Source of the DNA: Lytechinus pictus
Lineage: Eukaryota
Direction: 5' to 3'
DNA: 64,000 nucleotides
Assembly (NCBI RefSeq): GCF_037042905.1
Contig: NC_087251.1
Span: 20,214,001 to 20,278,000 of the forward strand
The notes beneath the pieces are model-generated. The model saw only the letters and a list, made by a program, of their open reading frames with translations. It did no database searches and was not told where the DNA came from. The position numbers and the translations under genes are program-made. The stretch's first letter is position 1, and every line of letters begins with the position of its first letter. This document shows positions 13,693-28,956 of the stretch, one piece after another.

Positions 13693-13985
13693 GTGTATGC
13701 ACATAAATGATGATACAGAAAGAGATTGATATGCAACAAAATATAACAGAGAAAGACTGACTACCGTGCTTTCAACTTTTGAGCTGATCAAATTTCCCTG
13801 ATTTTTCCCTCATTTGAAGCATTTTTCCCTGATTTGAGGTATTTTCTATCAAATTCCCTGATTTTTCCCTAATTGGAAAAAAGTAAAATAATTTTCCCTG
13901 ATGGGCTGGGAACCCTGAAACCTCACACTAGTGTGAGTGAAGAGACTGAAGCTTTTCTAAAAGCTCCAGTCGACATACAACCACA

Positions 13986-14059
13986 GGCAGCGTAGCTCAG
14001 TCGGTTAGAGCGCATGTTTCGGATACTCAATGTGAGGGGTTCGAGTCCCGCTCATGCCG
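13986..14059 (+). pseudogene. tRNA-like sequence (pseudo-tRNA or SINE head)
   Basis: GGCAGCGTAGCTCAGTCGGTTAGAGC D-arm and GGTTCGAGTCCC T-arm present; anticodon and acceptor stems mispaired. Confidence 0.6.
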
Positions 14060-14091
14060 AAACGCGTCTAACAAAAAATCTTATGCTAAAT

Positions 14092-17000
14092 GGTCATTTT
14101 CAAACATAAGTGGACATGGGGGTGAAAATTAAAACTTGCTAGAAATCAGTAGGCTTCAATGGTTTTTGAAACTAGACATCTCAAAGTATGTTTTTCCATT
14201 TCAGTTACATAAAATTATTCATTGTGTCTTGAAATACAGTGAATTTAGTGCAAGGGAAATTTAATATTACAAAATGCTGATTTTTGCATTAAAATTCACA
14301 TATTGCCTATCACAATATAAAATTTGTATTAGAAGCATATTTGTTGGCAAGATACAAGCTCTGTATTGTATCTAACTCCTATATAACAAAAAAAAATTAT
14401 CTGAAGTGTTTTTCTGAAAAAAGTAGATCTTTAAAGTTTTCAAAACTGGTTGTCGTGTCACTCACGTTTTAAAGACAAAAAGTTTTCTAGAGCTGTGTAT
14501 TCTGAAAATTAATTTATCCCAGTACAGGAGCAAATACAGTTTTCCAAAACCTTATTGTATATAAAGTTACTTTGTCCAATATGTAAAGGCTAAGCTAAAA
14601 TTAACTGTTAAAGTTGTGTCGTGTCACTCACAATGTTGTGTCACTCACGAAATGTCGTGTCACTCACGGTCTCATATTGTGTATAAAAAAGGACATCGAA
14701 TAATTTTTAAAGCATTTTACGAGATAAATTAGGGGATAGGGTCAATATGTTGTTCCTGACATCATTTAGGCCTATGTAAGGCTAATATTTTTTTTCTGTT
14801 TTCCTAACTTCACCCCTATCAATGGAAATATTGAATTTGACGTTGAGTTCATCTATTTTCTTTCCTCTCCATGGTTTCCTCAGTTTCAAAAATCCTGACA
14901 ACTTTCCATTTGTGTGAAGACTCAGATCCTAATTGATATTTTAATGATGTACTGAGATAAAAGAATATAATAACATAATCAACACAAAGTTATTAATATA
15001 TCAAGAGAAACACCACTATACATAGTAATGAACATATTTACAGTGCATAAAGATTTGGTGATGGTTCAAGTTAGTCAGGTATGACTTGAACATTCTCTGT
15101 CTCCATTTTTTAGGAATGTTATTTCTTTGTCTTACTAATTAAGAAAGGTTTAAAGCTAGCAAGGTCAGGGATCTTATTTTGAAATTTGCAGAAATATATA
15201 AAATATTCTAATGGTAGAAAAGTGTATGAAGAGATCTCCGTGAACAACAAACATTCTTTCAAAATCAGATAAAACTCTTTCCCTTCTGATTAATTAAAAT
15301 TAACCTTTTTTGCCACAAAGCTTGTATTCGAGGACATGAAATAAACAATTTTTTTTGCAAGAACATCTCAGGTGAGAATATACTGAGATTTAAAAGAGCA
15401 TTTTGGATATTGCTTGAAGTAGCTACATGCCTGGTTCAAAATCATTCTTTGTTCGGCCACCATTCATACCACTAGTGATGAACTAGGGTCTGCACAGCAA
15501 ACTACCGTGAGTGGGCCAATGTGGGTTCAGAGCAGATTTGCATTGCACGCAACAAATTGATAGAGTAAATTATGTAGGTCCCAACAAGTCCCAACCAAGA
15601 CCGAATTTGCATTTGAGCAACTTTGGTGAGTTACCGTGTTTTCATGTAGATCAATTTTTCTTGGGGGGGGGGGGTACCCTGGTTAGAACTGAGCTGGACA
15701 AAAGCTATGCCATATGGAGGTATAGGGGGAGTATTTGATGGTTGGGGATGCTGAATTGAATTTCAGTGTGTAACATCCAAGGGCTCATCAAAGGAATGGC
15801 TAATGACTTGTAGTTGTAGGTAATACCAACAGACTGTGCTGTGGCTTTTTGCAAGAATCAGGTACTCACTGACTATGGTCTTTCACTTTGTGGCTTTCCA
15901 TGTATTACCCGTGGTTTGGTTTATTATCAAATATGATAATTAGCAATGAAAAGCAGCAAGATTCCTGCTGAAAATCATAGCTCTGAATCTTGGTACAGTG
16001 CCTTTGGAGGGGTTCACATACAAGCAGTGTTCAGGAGAAAACCAATGCTTGATGAGTTGAACTTGATCCCTATAAAAGTTTCTCAAGGATTTGCTATAGT
16101 CCATCTGAAATGTGCAGCCAAGTAACTGTGGTTTGGTACAGTGTACAAAAAAAAGACATTGAAGCTGCCAAGACCTATTTGGACAATGATGCCTAAAATA
16201 TTTAAGGAGGATAATATTGTAATCCAATATTTCAAGAAAAAGGAGTCATACATGACATCATTGGCTACCAGACCATGCCAGATGATGCGAGTGACTATTG
16301 CGAATACCTTTCTTACAAGGAAAAATTATTCCATCAGTTGTGGATGCTGAATTGTAAACCCGTAAACTTTCATATACAGATAGGAAGAAAGAGTTAAAGT
16401 TTTGAATGAAATCAGGCCACAAAAAAGATTGTTTGAGTTGATGTCAATGCCAAGACCACATAACACCTTCAAGTGCCTCCTCCTCCAAAGAGGAGAGTGG
16501 TAGAAGGCCAAGTGTGACAATAATGTGCTATGGTATAGGGAATGTGAGTTGATGGGCAAATATGACCATAAACAAGAATAAATCATTAGGATGACACATT
16601 ATCAACTTTGAAGAAGGCAGTTGTTATGTAATTAAGCTTGTTTTTTGGTTGATGGGATTTCACTCTTGTGCATCATGCCAAAAATACTTTCGTTGTTGAG
16701 ATAAATGTTGTATTTTTGCACTTGTCGTGTCACTCACGTTTTGGATGTCGTGTCACTCACGGTATATAGGAGGGCACCATTTTCCATAGAGAAGGTTTGA
16801 TTGATTCTGACTATATGTGCTAGATAGGTACACTATTTACGTACATGTATGGGTACTCACAGTACTCCTGGGGGCTGTTTCATAAAGCTGTTCGTAAGTT
16901 AAGAGCGACTTTAAGAACGACTGGTGAACCTTTCTTACGCGCTTAACCAGCGCCAATGAATATACCATTTTCCACAAGAAAGGATCACCAGTCGTTCTTA

Positions 17001-17304
17001 AAGTCGCTCTTAACTTACGAACAGCTTTATGAAACACCCACCTGGACAGCTACTTGGGCACGAATCCAATCATAAGTGATAATGGTCAGAAACCCATGTC
17101 CAAAATTTGTCGTGTCACTCACGCATCATTTTTCAGTCATATCTACTAAACAAATTGTAGAATTCAAATCAAACTGGTAGTGGCCCATGCCAGTCCTACA
17201 TTGTATATAATATAGTAGTCATGATTGCTTCATAACCTTTAAGTTTAAAGATATGAGCCCTTAACCCTCTCCGATTGTCGTGTCACACACGTTTGAAAAT
17301 GACC
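14092..17304. mobile_element. Decayed DNA transposon, Sola-like
   Basis: TIR GGTCATTTTCAAAC / GTTTGAAAATGACC; 4-bp TSD AAAT (AWWT type); about 8 subterminal TGTCGTGTCACTCAC motifs; broken coding-like interior at ~15.5-16.6 kb. Superfamily inferred from the TSD only. Confidence 0.65.
16871..17041. mobile_element. Hairpin MITE (Harbinger-like) nested in the Sola-like element
   Basis: ~60-bp TIRs GTTTCATAAAGCTGTTCGTAAGTTAAGAGCGACTTTAAGAACGACTGGTGA; 3-bp TSD CTG. Confidence 0.85.
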
Positions 17305-19770
17305 AAATGCTATAGCTAGGCACTGCAGTTGCGCGAGCGATCGTGTAGACAGATCAGCTGGACGTAGATTTTTGCATTGCAGTGAATGGCAAGCGCATCT
17401 ATCTAACACACACAGTTCGCTCCGCTCGTCACTTTTGCCGAGTGCTGGAGTGGCATTCGGAATAGCTCGAAAAAACAGAGTCAGTTTCTTCCTTTATTCC
17501 ACTGATTTTGATTGGTCAAAAATTCTCAAGGTTGCTTGGTACATCTTCGGTAAACATCAGAAATATACAACACGGAGTTTCACTTACCTTTGTGAGATGG
17601 AAAGACCTAATATTAGGGTATTTCTTCTTCTTTGCTTAAAATTGCCTTCTTGTAATCATCGAATCTTAGTAAAAGTCGGTGAGTATTGAAATTTGAGAAC
17701 ATTTTGTAAATAGCCAGCGGTTCTGAACTTCAATTTTGAGTATTGTCAGGTGTTTGCAAATCTGACTCCCCGCTGCAATGGGCATCGGGATTAGTCTGGA
17801 TATTTAGACACATTTCGTTTCATTCATTGTATATATTTTTAGATTACAATTTGAGCTCTGTTAATTATGAAATTTTAATTGTTATTTTGAAAATAATTTT
17901 GTAGAATTTGTGCAAAATAAGTATTAAGAGCAAAACTGCAAGTAAAATTCAAGAATTTTGTTTGATAAGTGATTTGTTGTTAGAATGCGTCTGAATGTCT
18001 AGAATATGGTATTGTTAATGGAAGTCGTATTCTGTCCGCTTTTGGCACGCGATTTGTGAATGAACTGAGAAAGACATACTAGTGACGCATTGTTTTCAAA
18101 GGCTCCAGGCATCGTTCTGATTGGTCAAACCTCCTCATAATTACAAAGGAACTAATGAATAAACATGAAAAATTACGGTAACATACCCCAAAAATAGCCA
18201 TGTCTATCATTGTCTTAGAAGTGAAATGGTTGTTGAAAGAATATCTTCAGCTGGCACCCCCGGAAGGCTATATTTTGGTACGTAGCATTATCATTATTAT
18301 TTGTTGCTATTTATGGAGTTTCTTGATTTTTTATTGAAAAATGGCTATGCCTTGCTCGGCAGAGTAACATGATGTCCCAGTCATTTTTTTGAACGATTTC
18401 TTACTCGGTCCGAGCGAGCAGAGGCAGAACCCCCCAGTCGATAATGATGTCATCATCATACTCCGAGTGAATTCGTCCACTGATCAAGAGGGGTGGAAAA
18501 AAGGAGGGTCACGATTTTTACGTAAATGTCTTTATCTAACATGTTTGAAAATTATTGAAAAATAATCTTATACGATTTCATAGAATTATAAGATCGATAA
18601 AGAGCTCAAATGATCATTAAAATCATCTATTGAAAATGAATTCCACTGTTGGAATACTTTGTTCCCTGTGACGAATGGTATCGTGCCACAGCGAGATTTT
18701 GTAATACACCGCTTGGATCATGCTCAATTCTTTTGCCATTAAACAAGATAGACCGTCTTCAATCAATAAATTTATCATCTTTGACACTTTACCGAGTGTA
18801 TCTACTATTTTTATAACGATGATCTGCGTATGAACTACGGGAAAATGTAAGTGTGACCGTCTAGATCTAACTATAAAAACACTTACGAACATTTTATTTC
18901 ATAATGTCGTCCGGAACGAACACACCATATTTTTACAACACGAAAATCTATGAGTGGGGCGGTACTAGACATCTTCGGAAGAGTACAGAGTCTTGTCAAT
19001 AAAAGTCAGAATTTATCAATTATTTTCTTTTTTTGTGGAATTCAGCGGCTCCTTAAAGGCTAAGATATGAAAAGTTTTTAAGGAATATTGCATTATTAGA
19101 CTGACATGGCCTGGTTGGGTGGGGGAGGGGGGGGGGCAAATTCAAACACGAGAAAAATCAATAACAACAATGTCGATCAATCATTCAATCAATGAATGTC
19201 TTTGAAAATGAAATATCAAATTCCAAGGTTATCAAACTTCCCTTTATAATATCAAATGAATATTGATATCAAATAGGGAAAGAAAGTTGGAAACTACATT
19301 TACAGCAACAGCTAAAATGCTGTAGATCTAGATCTAACTAACAGAATTATGATTTAATATTTCATAAATCAAGTTCAATGTCATAACGCATGTGAATTTT
19401 CCACAAACAAGAATGGTTAAAAATTCATGGGCTAAATGACATTATAATGCTCAATCTGCATTAAAATTCCGGTATAATTGACACTAAGGGGAAAAATGTA
19501 ATGAAATTATGATTTCATATTTCATTATCAAGTTCAAGGTTATAACATGTGAATTTCCCACCAATGGTTACAAAAATATAGAAGAAGGGTCTATGTGCTT
19601 ACTAATAAATGACATAATAAAGCTCAATCTGCATTTAAATTCCTGTTGAACTGACTCTAGAGGGAAAATGTAATAAAGATTATGATTTCATATTTCAAGG
19701 TCAAGTTCAAGGTAATAACACTTCTGATATTCCAGGTGGTTGTCTAAAAATATATTTTCATGCCTTTGAA

Positions 19771-22264
<2,494 letters not shown>

Positions 22265-22580
22265 CTTTGAATAGCATTACACAGCATATTCAACTAAATA
22301 TTTCCACTTTAATTGACCAGAAAGGCAAAAATATTGAAAAATATGCAAAAATTATGATTTAATATTTCATAAATTTATAATTAATGACCTTAACCATGCA
22401 AAAAATACATCAAAGCAAAATATAATATCTCTACTAACATCCTGCCAAGTTTCATAGCTGTTATGCAAAAAACACGGGAATAACGCAAGTTTGAAAATAT
22501 TATGTCAGGTTTTTCATGGTGGCATTCTCACATCAAAGTAAAACATAAGAATGACCTTTGACCTTTGGTCAAATATTATG

Positions 22581-22980
22581 CAGAGCTACCAAGTCTCACG
22601 CATTGTGCGTGAGACTCACGCATTCAGGGTCCGTCTTACGATCTCACGCACAGCACCCTTTTCTCTCACGCATCGGGACCCGACAGAAAAAAAAGAAAAA
22701 GTAGCATTTTTCGCTGGATTATACGCACTGGCCGACCGCTTCGTGTCTACCCCGGCACGCGAGACGAATCGAGAGTGCAGTCAGCGCACAGCTTGTACGT
22801 GATACGATGAATCGCGTGCGTGCATCAATGGTTTTGTAGTATGGATCGATATCATGATGAAGCCCATATCTCGCGCGCGCCTTTTCGAAACGTTCAAGTG
22901 TAAGTACTGGCCGCGCGCGCGCAGAGACGCCAAGTCATGAAAATCTCACGCATAACATTTCTTTGAACTTGGCATCTCTG
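22581..22980. mobile_element. MITE (hAT-like, 6-bp TSD)
   Basis: TIR CAGAGCTACCAAGT / ACTTGGCATCTCTG; TSD ATTATG; TCTCACGCA subterminal repeats. Confidence 0.75.
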
Positions 22981-23219
22981 ATTATGTCCAATTGCCGAAA
23001 CATAATTGGGCATAACTAATGACTCGTTGGGTCAATTTTCAAAATTCAAAGTGTTCTGAGATCTGGAAGAGTTCCTCTTTCCAATGGTATCAATTGCAAA
23101 GCTATTATCACAAGTTCTAAAAATCACCTGCAATGCCTAACTTGAGGTAATTCACAACCTGCAGCACGCACATGTGGCACGTTATCGTTTAAACCAAATT
23201 GCCACAGTCTACACTATTT

Positions 23220-24255
23220 TACCTCGGGCGAAGTTCGTGCAGGCTCCACTCCACTTCACTACCGCTACACTACGCTCCACCTACCCGAACTTCGGGACGG
23301 TGAACTATTTCGGATATACCGAGTGACAAAGGTGGGATGAAATGATGGTTTATTGTAAAAATTACAGAAAATAAATATAACGAGAAAGATAAATAGCTTA
23401 ATATCTTACTCTACACCCGTATTTCACTCCGTGTCCATCCTCCGGTTATCCTCAAAATTTGTGATTTTGGGCCAGTATCAAAGTCCTCACACGTATTATT
23501 CACGGCCGATTTCAAAACATTGTATGCAACGAACGTAGAGGGCAGCAACACACATCAGTCACATCAGTGTTGCTATTATATTAGGATCAGGAAGGGGCCA
23601 CTCGTACTCGATACTTACGCGCATACAATGTTTTGAAATCGGCCGTGAATAATACGTGTGACTCACACAATAAACCATCATTTCATCCCACCTTTGTCAC
23701 TCGGTATCCGAAATGGTTCACCGTCCCGAAGTTCGGGTAGGCAGTAGAGGCGCACGGCCAATATTGGAGACTGTCTCCATTGTGGGAGATTATCTCCAAT
23801 ATCAGAAACTTTTGTAAAGAGTTTGGGTATCCAATTTCAGAGACAGTCTCCAGTTTTGGAGACCAATTTCCTTTGTTTACATTTGCTGCAAAAGGATTAC
23901 CTTGGCGGCAAATAAAAATGTGATAAGCAGATTCCTCATGAAAAATTACCCCGTCTACTTTAAAAATTCACCGTCTACTTTTATTTTGATAAGGTCGGGG
24001 GGAATTTTGTTGTCAATCACACACAAAATAAATGGGCTTCTGACCTCAGTGAGACAAAATTTTGGGTGGAAAAAATAATGCTTTTGTTGGTGTTGTTTCT
24101 TTTGTCCTTTTGCAAAGCAAGTCTCCAATGTTGAATGTGGGAGATTGTCTCCCATATTGGCCGTTCGCCTCTACTGGTACTATGCCTATGCTATGGTAAG
24201 TGGAGCGTAGTGTAGCGGTAGTGAAGTGGAACCTGCACGAACTTTGCCCGAGGTA
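23220..24255. mobile_element. Foldback-type element with long TIRs
   Basis: Left arm 23220-23356 is inverted at 23667-23741 plus ~24197-24255; 8-bp TSD CACTATTT; second inner IR 23489-23528 / 23621-23660. Confidence 0.8.
23742..24176. mobile_element. MITE nested in right arm of the foldback element
   Basis: TIR CAGTAGAGGCGCACGGCCAATAT / ATATTGGCCGTTCGCCTCTACTG; GGAGAC/GTCTCC subterminal motifs. Confidence 0.75.
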
Positions 24256-25384
24256 CACTATTTGTCAAAGAGTAGGGTGTTCACCCAGCAAAAATTCATG
24301 TCAAGTCACCTGATGCATTTATGCCCAGGATGGCCCTGCATCGTAATCGTATACATCCAGACATTCAATATTCTACGTCATTCACACTTTGTAACATATT
24401 CTTGCACAACCAATGTGCTGTTCCTGTGATTTAGCTCACGTGATATTCCAACAGACGTTTCACGGAAAAGTGATATCCCCGATTCACTTGCATGCATTAG
24501 AAATAGCACACGCCGAAAATACAAACGGCCGGCCTAGGCCTACCACTGTACGGTATTGTACCGGTACTGTGTGTTGCTAATTTAATTATTCTAACGTTGC
24601 GTTAATCACAATTTTGAACGAAGGCAAGGTTAAATTAATGACAAAATATTGATACAGTACCGGTACATATCATGAATTGATTAAATTTACTTTTGCTTAC
24701 CTAAACATAAGTGTGAGTACCGGTATGCCTAGACCTATTGGCTATATATGCTCGTCAAAACTTCTCAAGAGTCTGATCTGATATCTGTGTTCGTAGTTAA
24801 CCGATGGAACCCCGGCCCCGGTGCCGGTGCCGACCCCAACTTAGACAGTATCTTTGGAGCTACCAATCTAACTTTTTAGTAGTAGAGTATACCGGTAGTT
24901 CTATCCACTGGCGTAAATCCCGGGGGGGGGGGGGTGGGGGGATATATCCCCCCACTTTTCGAGGGGGGGTGGTGGCCTGTACAAACATCCCCCCACTTTT
25001 TACGAAAGAAATGAAGAAAAAAAATCACAAGAGATAATTGTTTTATTGGTGAAAATTCTTCCTGAAATACCGCTTAACAAATAAAACAATATTATTGAAT
25101 CATAAAATGCAAATAAAGAGCCAGTTCACCATTTCCAAACGAAATACTTATGTCCATGGGCGGAAATCCCAGGGGGGACAGGGGGGACGTGTCCCCCCTA
25201 CTCAAAATAGTAGGGGGGACACAATATCAAATGTCCTCCCTACTATTTTTGGTCTGTTATGATGGTAAGAAATACATCATTATAAATCGAAATAACACAT
25301 GTATTTTGGGACGAGATGAACTTACTTTGTGACGATGATAACCATTTTTTTTGCTTGTCAAATTTTCCCGCCCCTTGTCCCCAT

Positions 25385-27104
25385 CACTGGCGTAAATCCG
25401 TGTTGAGGGGTGGGGGGATGACTGAAATATTTTGGCATTTTTTTTGCAATCATGTTTTTAGATATGCAAGGAATTGTAATTGATATGTCCACAGTGGCGT
25501 ACCGTGGGTCACGGCATTGTGGGGGCACCAGCAAAATCTTTGAATCACTTCGCGCGCTCAGTTGCTAGTTATTCTGACCTAATAGAGACATTTTAAGGAC
25601 AATGTCATTGAACGGATATGTATCTCACTGATCAAATTATGCGAGCGCGAAGCGCGAGCTGAATTTTTTAAATATTCACACCTAAAAAGGGACATTATAA
25701 TCAAATTTGCGTAATCATGATAGTTACCTGTCTCGCTAAACAATGCGAGCGCGAAGCGCGAGCTGAAATTTTTGTATATTTTGACCCCAAACAGCGAGAT
25801 TTTAAGGAACATATTTTAGGAATCCATTAAGAGTATGCATATCTCACCATAGTCATCTAATGTGAGTGCCAAGCGCTTGCTGATTTTAGTAGAATTACAT
25901 CTGAACACATGAAACACTTTTTGTAGTCATTGCAATCATGATTATCATACGCATCTCACTAATCAAATATTGCGAGCGTGAGGCGCGAGCAGAAAATTTA
26001 GATAAGTTAGATAATTCAGACCTGAAGTGGGGCATTCTAAGGTTTCTTTGTAGGAATTAACTTGGACCATACGTATTTCATTAACCAAATGATGCGAGTG
26101 CGAAGCGCGAGCTGAAAATTTTTGATATTCAGATCAGAAAAAGGGACATTTTAAGGACTGATTTTAGGAATTCATGAAGAGCAGACATATCTCACCAATC
26201 CACTAATGCGAACGTAATCACGGACAGGAAATGTTTTTATATATACGAAGACCTTAACATGGGGCAATCACTTTTTGAGTCATGTAAAAGAAGCATAGGC
26301 CTATGTCACTACATAAAACAATGATAACTCAAGTGCTAGGAAACATATTTGGTTTATATTGACTTGAAAACGGGATGTTTTAGTACAACAGGATTATCGT
26401 TGAACAGACAATGCGAGCACCAGGAACAATGAAGACGTAGGCCTTGGGCAAATTATGTTTCATAAAGTTATGATAAAAATGTTTCTTATGTAATGTAACA
26501 TAACACAATTATAATATAATATAACATTATAATGAATAATACTTTCTTCTTTCCCACTACGTTTCTTTTCCTTTCTCCCTCTTTTCTCTTTTTCCCCATT
26601 TCCCCGGGTTTTTTTGTCAGCCGATGGGGGGAGCATGTGCCTCCCATGCCCCCCCCCCCCCCGTAGTTACGTCACTGTATGTCCATATGGCAAATACCCC
26701 TCCAATATTATTATTTTTTTACCCCATGATGGTTTAATGGTTTTATTAGAGATTACATTCAAAATTTTTTGACATTCCATCTTAATCCCTTCCCAAAGAC
26801 CCCAACATTGATGAATTGGAAGAAACGGGGGTTTCTCTTCAATGTTATAATAAGGACATAAGTATTTCGTTTGGAAATGGTGAACTGGCTCTTTATTTGC
26901 ATTTTATGATTCAATAATATTGTTTTATTTGTTAAGCGGTATTTTAGGAAGCATTTTCACCAATAAAACAATTATCTCTTGTGATTTTTTTTTATTTCTT
27001 TCGTAAAAAGTGGGGGGGGGGGGGATGATTGTACAGGCCATCCCCCCTCCTCGAAAAGTGGGGGGGATATATCCCCCCCATCCCCCCCGGGATTTACGCC
27101 AGTG
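25385..27104 (-). mobile_element. Second copy of composite A+C element, inverted, nested in B
   Basis: Same TIRs as A; 8-bp TSD GTCCCCAT; contains C copy 25492-26677 with TSD TATGTCCA. Confidence 0.85.
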
Positions 27105-27326
27105 GTCCCCATAGGCGGATCTAGGGTGATTTACATATCTTGTTCAATATGGAGTTCGAATATCAAGTTTGGAAGTCAATATACAAAACATATTTCACCT
27201 CGGAAATCGAACTTTCATTATTTTGTGTAATTTACAAATTGGTTTTTAAAAAGTGCTCTGTAAAAATGTCAGTTTTATGGTCTGAATGTTAACATTTGCT
27301 GCTTGCTGCTTTCGTGTATTCCATAA

Positions 27327-27680
27327 AGACTCGACGTTTCGGGCAGGTTGACTGTCCGTCTTCACTCCTGAAGACGGACAGTCAACCTGCCCGAAACGTC
27401 GAGTCTCTCTACTGCTTCTACTCATCATCTCCACTCGCCGACTCAAGCCAGCAACTCCTCATCCATCCTACTACTCAAGCTGTTTCTTCAACTCATCAAA
27501 CTCTTCTGGTTTATAGTCCTTTTCAGGACTACTTTCAAGAAAGGAATACTCTACTCTCAAATCTCCACTTTCTCGCGGCCTATCCAATTCCTTTTCTTCC
27601 TCTTTCCACTGTTTCTATAACACTCCACATGGTGTACCGTAAACCACATCAGCGATTGTACATGCCACCATTCAAACCTT
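27327..27680 (+). mobile_element. Penelope-like pLTR fragment with inverted duplication
   Basis: 80-bp perfect palindrome containing a hammerhead motif, followed by a C/T-rich segment foreign to the surrounding MITE; right boundary approximate. Confidence 0.6.
27364..27404 (+). ncRNA. Minimal type I hammerhead ribozyme motif
   Basis: ACTC-CTGAAGA-C-GGACAG(TCAAC)CTGCCC-GAAA-CG-TC-GAGT: canonical core, GUC cleavage triplet, stem I ACTC/GAGT, palindromic ACGT stem III. Confidence 0.75.
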
Positions 27681-28956
27681 CAAACAACATCACGCTCACG
27701 CATGTTTATTCAGATACTCAACTTGTTCTCTAATTTAAATCATTACCCAGTTTCAGATCACAATATCAAAAATTTTCTGCTCGCGCTTTGTGCTCGCATT
27801 ATTAATGTAGGAAGACCCCATATTACTCATCCTTTTGATGATTTACAAAACATGAACAGAGTGGGCCATTTTTAGGTCTATAAATCTCGATTTTTTTTTG
27901 CTCGCGCTTCGCGCTCGCATCAATCGTTAAATTATATAGCTATCCTGTTCACGATTACAAAAACTGATTAAAAATTTCAATTCTTTCTTTAGAAAGTTCA
28001 TTTTTTTTTTTGATTGTTGAAATATGTAACGCCTTCATGGCTAAGTGCAAGCAGTCCTTAACAGGTACCTTTTAAACAGGTACCAGTTCAAAACATATTT
28101 AAAAATTTTCTGCTCGTGCTTTGCGCTCACATTATTAATACTCATCCTTTTCAGGATTTACAAAACATGAATAGAGTGTCTCGTTCAGTAAATATTATAG
28201 GACTAAATCTCGAAATTTTCCGCTCGCGCTTCGCGCTCGCATCAATTGTTTACTTATATACCTATTCTGCTTGAGTTACAAAAAGTGCTTAGAATTTCCA
28301 TTCTTTAGGTGAAATGTCAAAGAAAATTCAGCTCGCGCTTCGCGCTCGCATTATTTGATTGTTAAATGCTACTTTAACATGTATCTTTTCCATCAGTACA
28401 TTTTTGCTCGCGCTTTGCGTTCGTAGTAATTATTAAGTTGCATACACATCTTTTTCAGGATAAAAAAAACAAGACCAGAATCAGTTCGAATTTTTGGAAA
28501 AAATCCAAAAAATTCCAAAAAAATTAGCTCGCGCTTCGCGCTCGCATCATACAAATCAGGATTATGATATTATATATTAATTTATAAGAATAAAGCTAAG
28601 AAGTGACTAATGAGGACTAACCCTTCAAAGAAACAAACAAAAATCATCCTCGAGCTGCCGATCGGGGAAAATATGGCTGAAACAAATTTCTGCCCCCCCC
28701 CCCCTATTGGCGAAGGCTGGATCCGCCCCTGTGTCCCCCCCTACCTTTTGGGAGAGATTTCCGCCCCTGCTTATGTCCTTATTATAACATTGAAGAGAAA
28801 CTCCCGTTTCTTCCAATTCAGCAATGTTGGCGTCTTTGGGAAGGGATTAAGATGGATTGTCAATTCTTTTTTTAATGTAATCTCTAATAAAACCATTAAA
28901 CCATCATGGGGTAAAAAAGATAATAATATTGGAGGGGTATTTGCCATATGGACATA

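Larger units (their letters stand above)
27110..28731 (-). mobile_element. MITE D (GCGGATCC-TIR family, minisatellite interior)
   Basis: Ends CATAGGCGGATC / GGATCCGCCCCTG; same family as 47581-48646; interior carries GCTCGCGCTTCGCGCTCGC repeats. Confidence 0.6.
25155..28769. mobile_element. hAT-type MITE B
   Basis: TIR CATGGGCGGAAATC / GATTTCCGCCCCTG; 8-bp TSD CTTATGTC. Confidence 0.85.

Noticed and set aside
13986..14059. Functional tRNA-Pro(CGG)
   Set aside because: Anticodon and acceptor stems do not pair; treated as pseudo-tRNA or SINE head.
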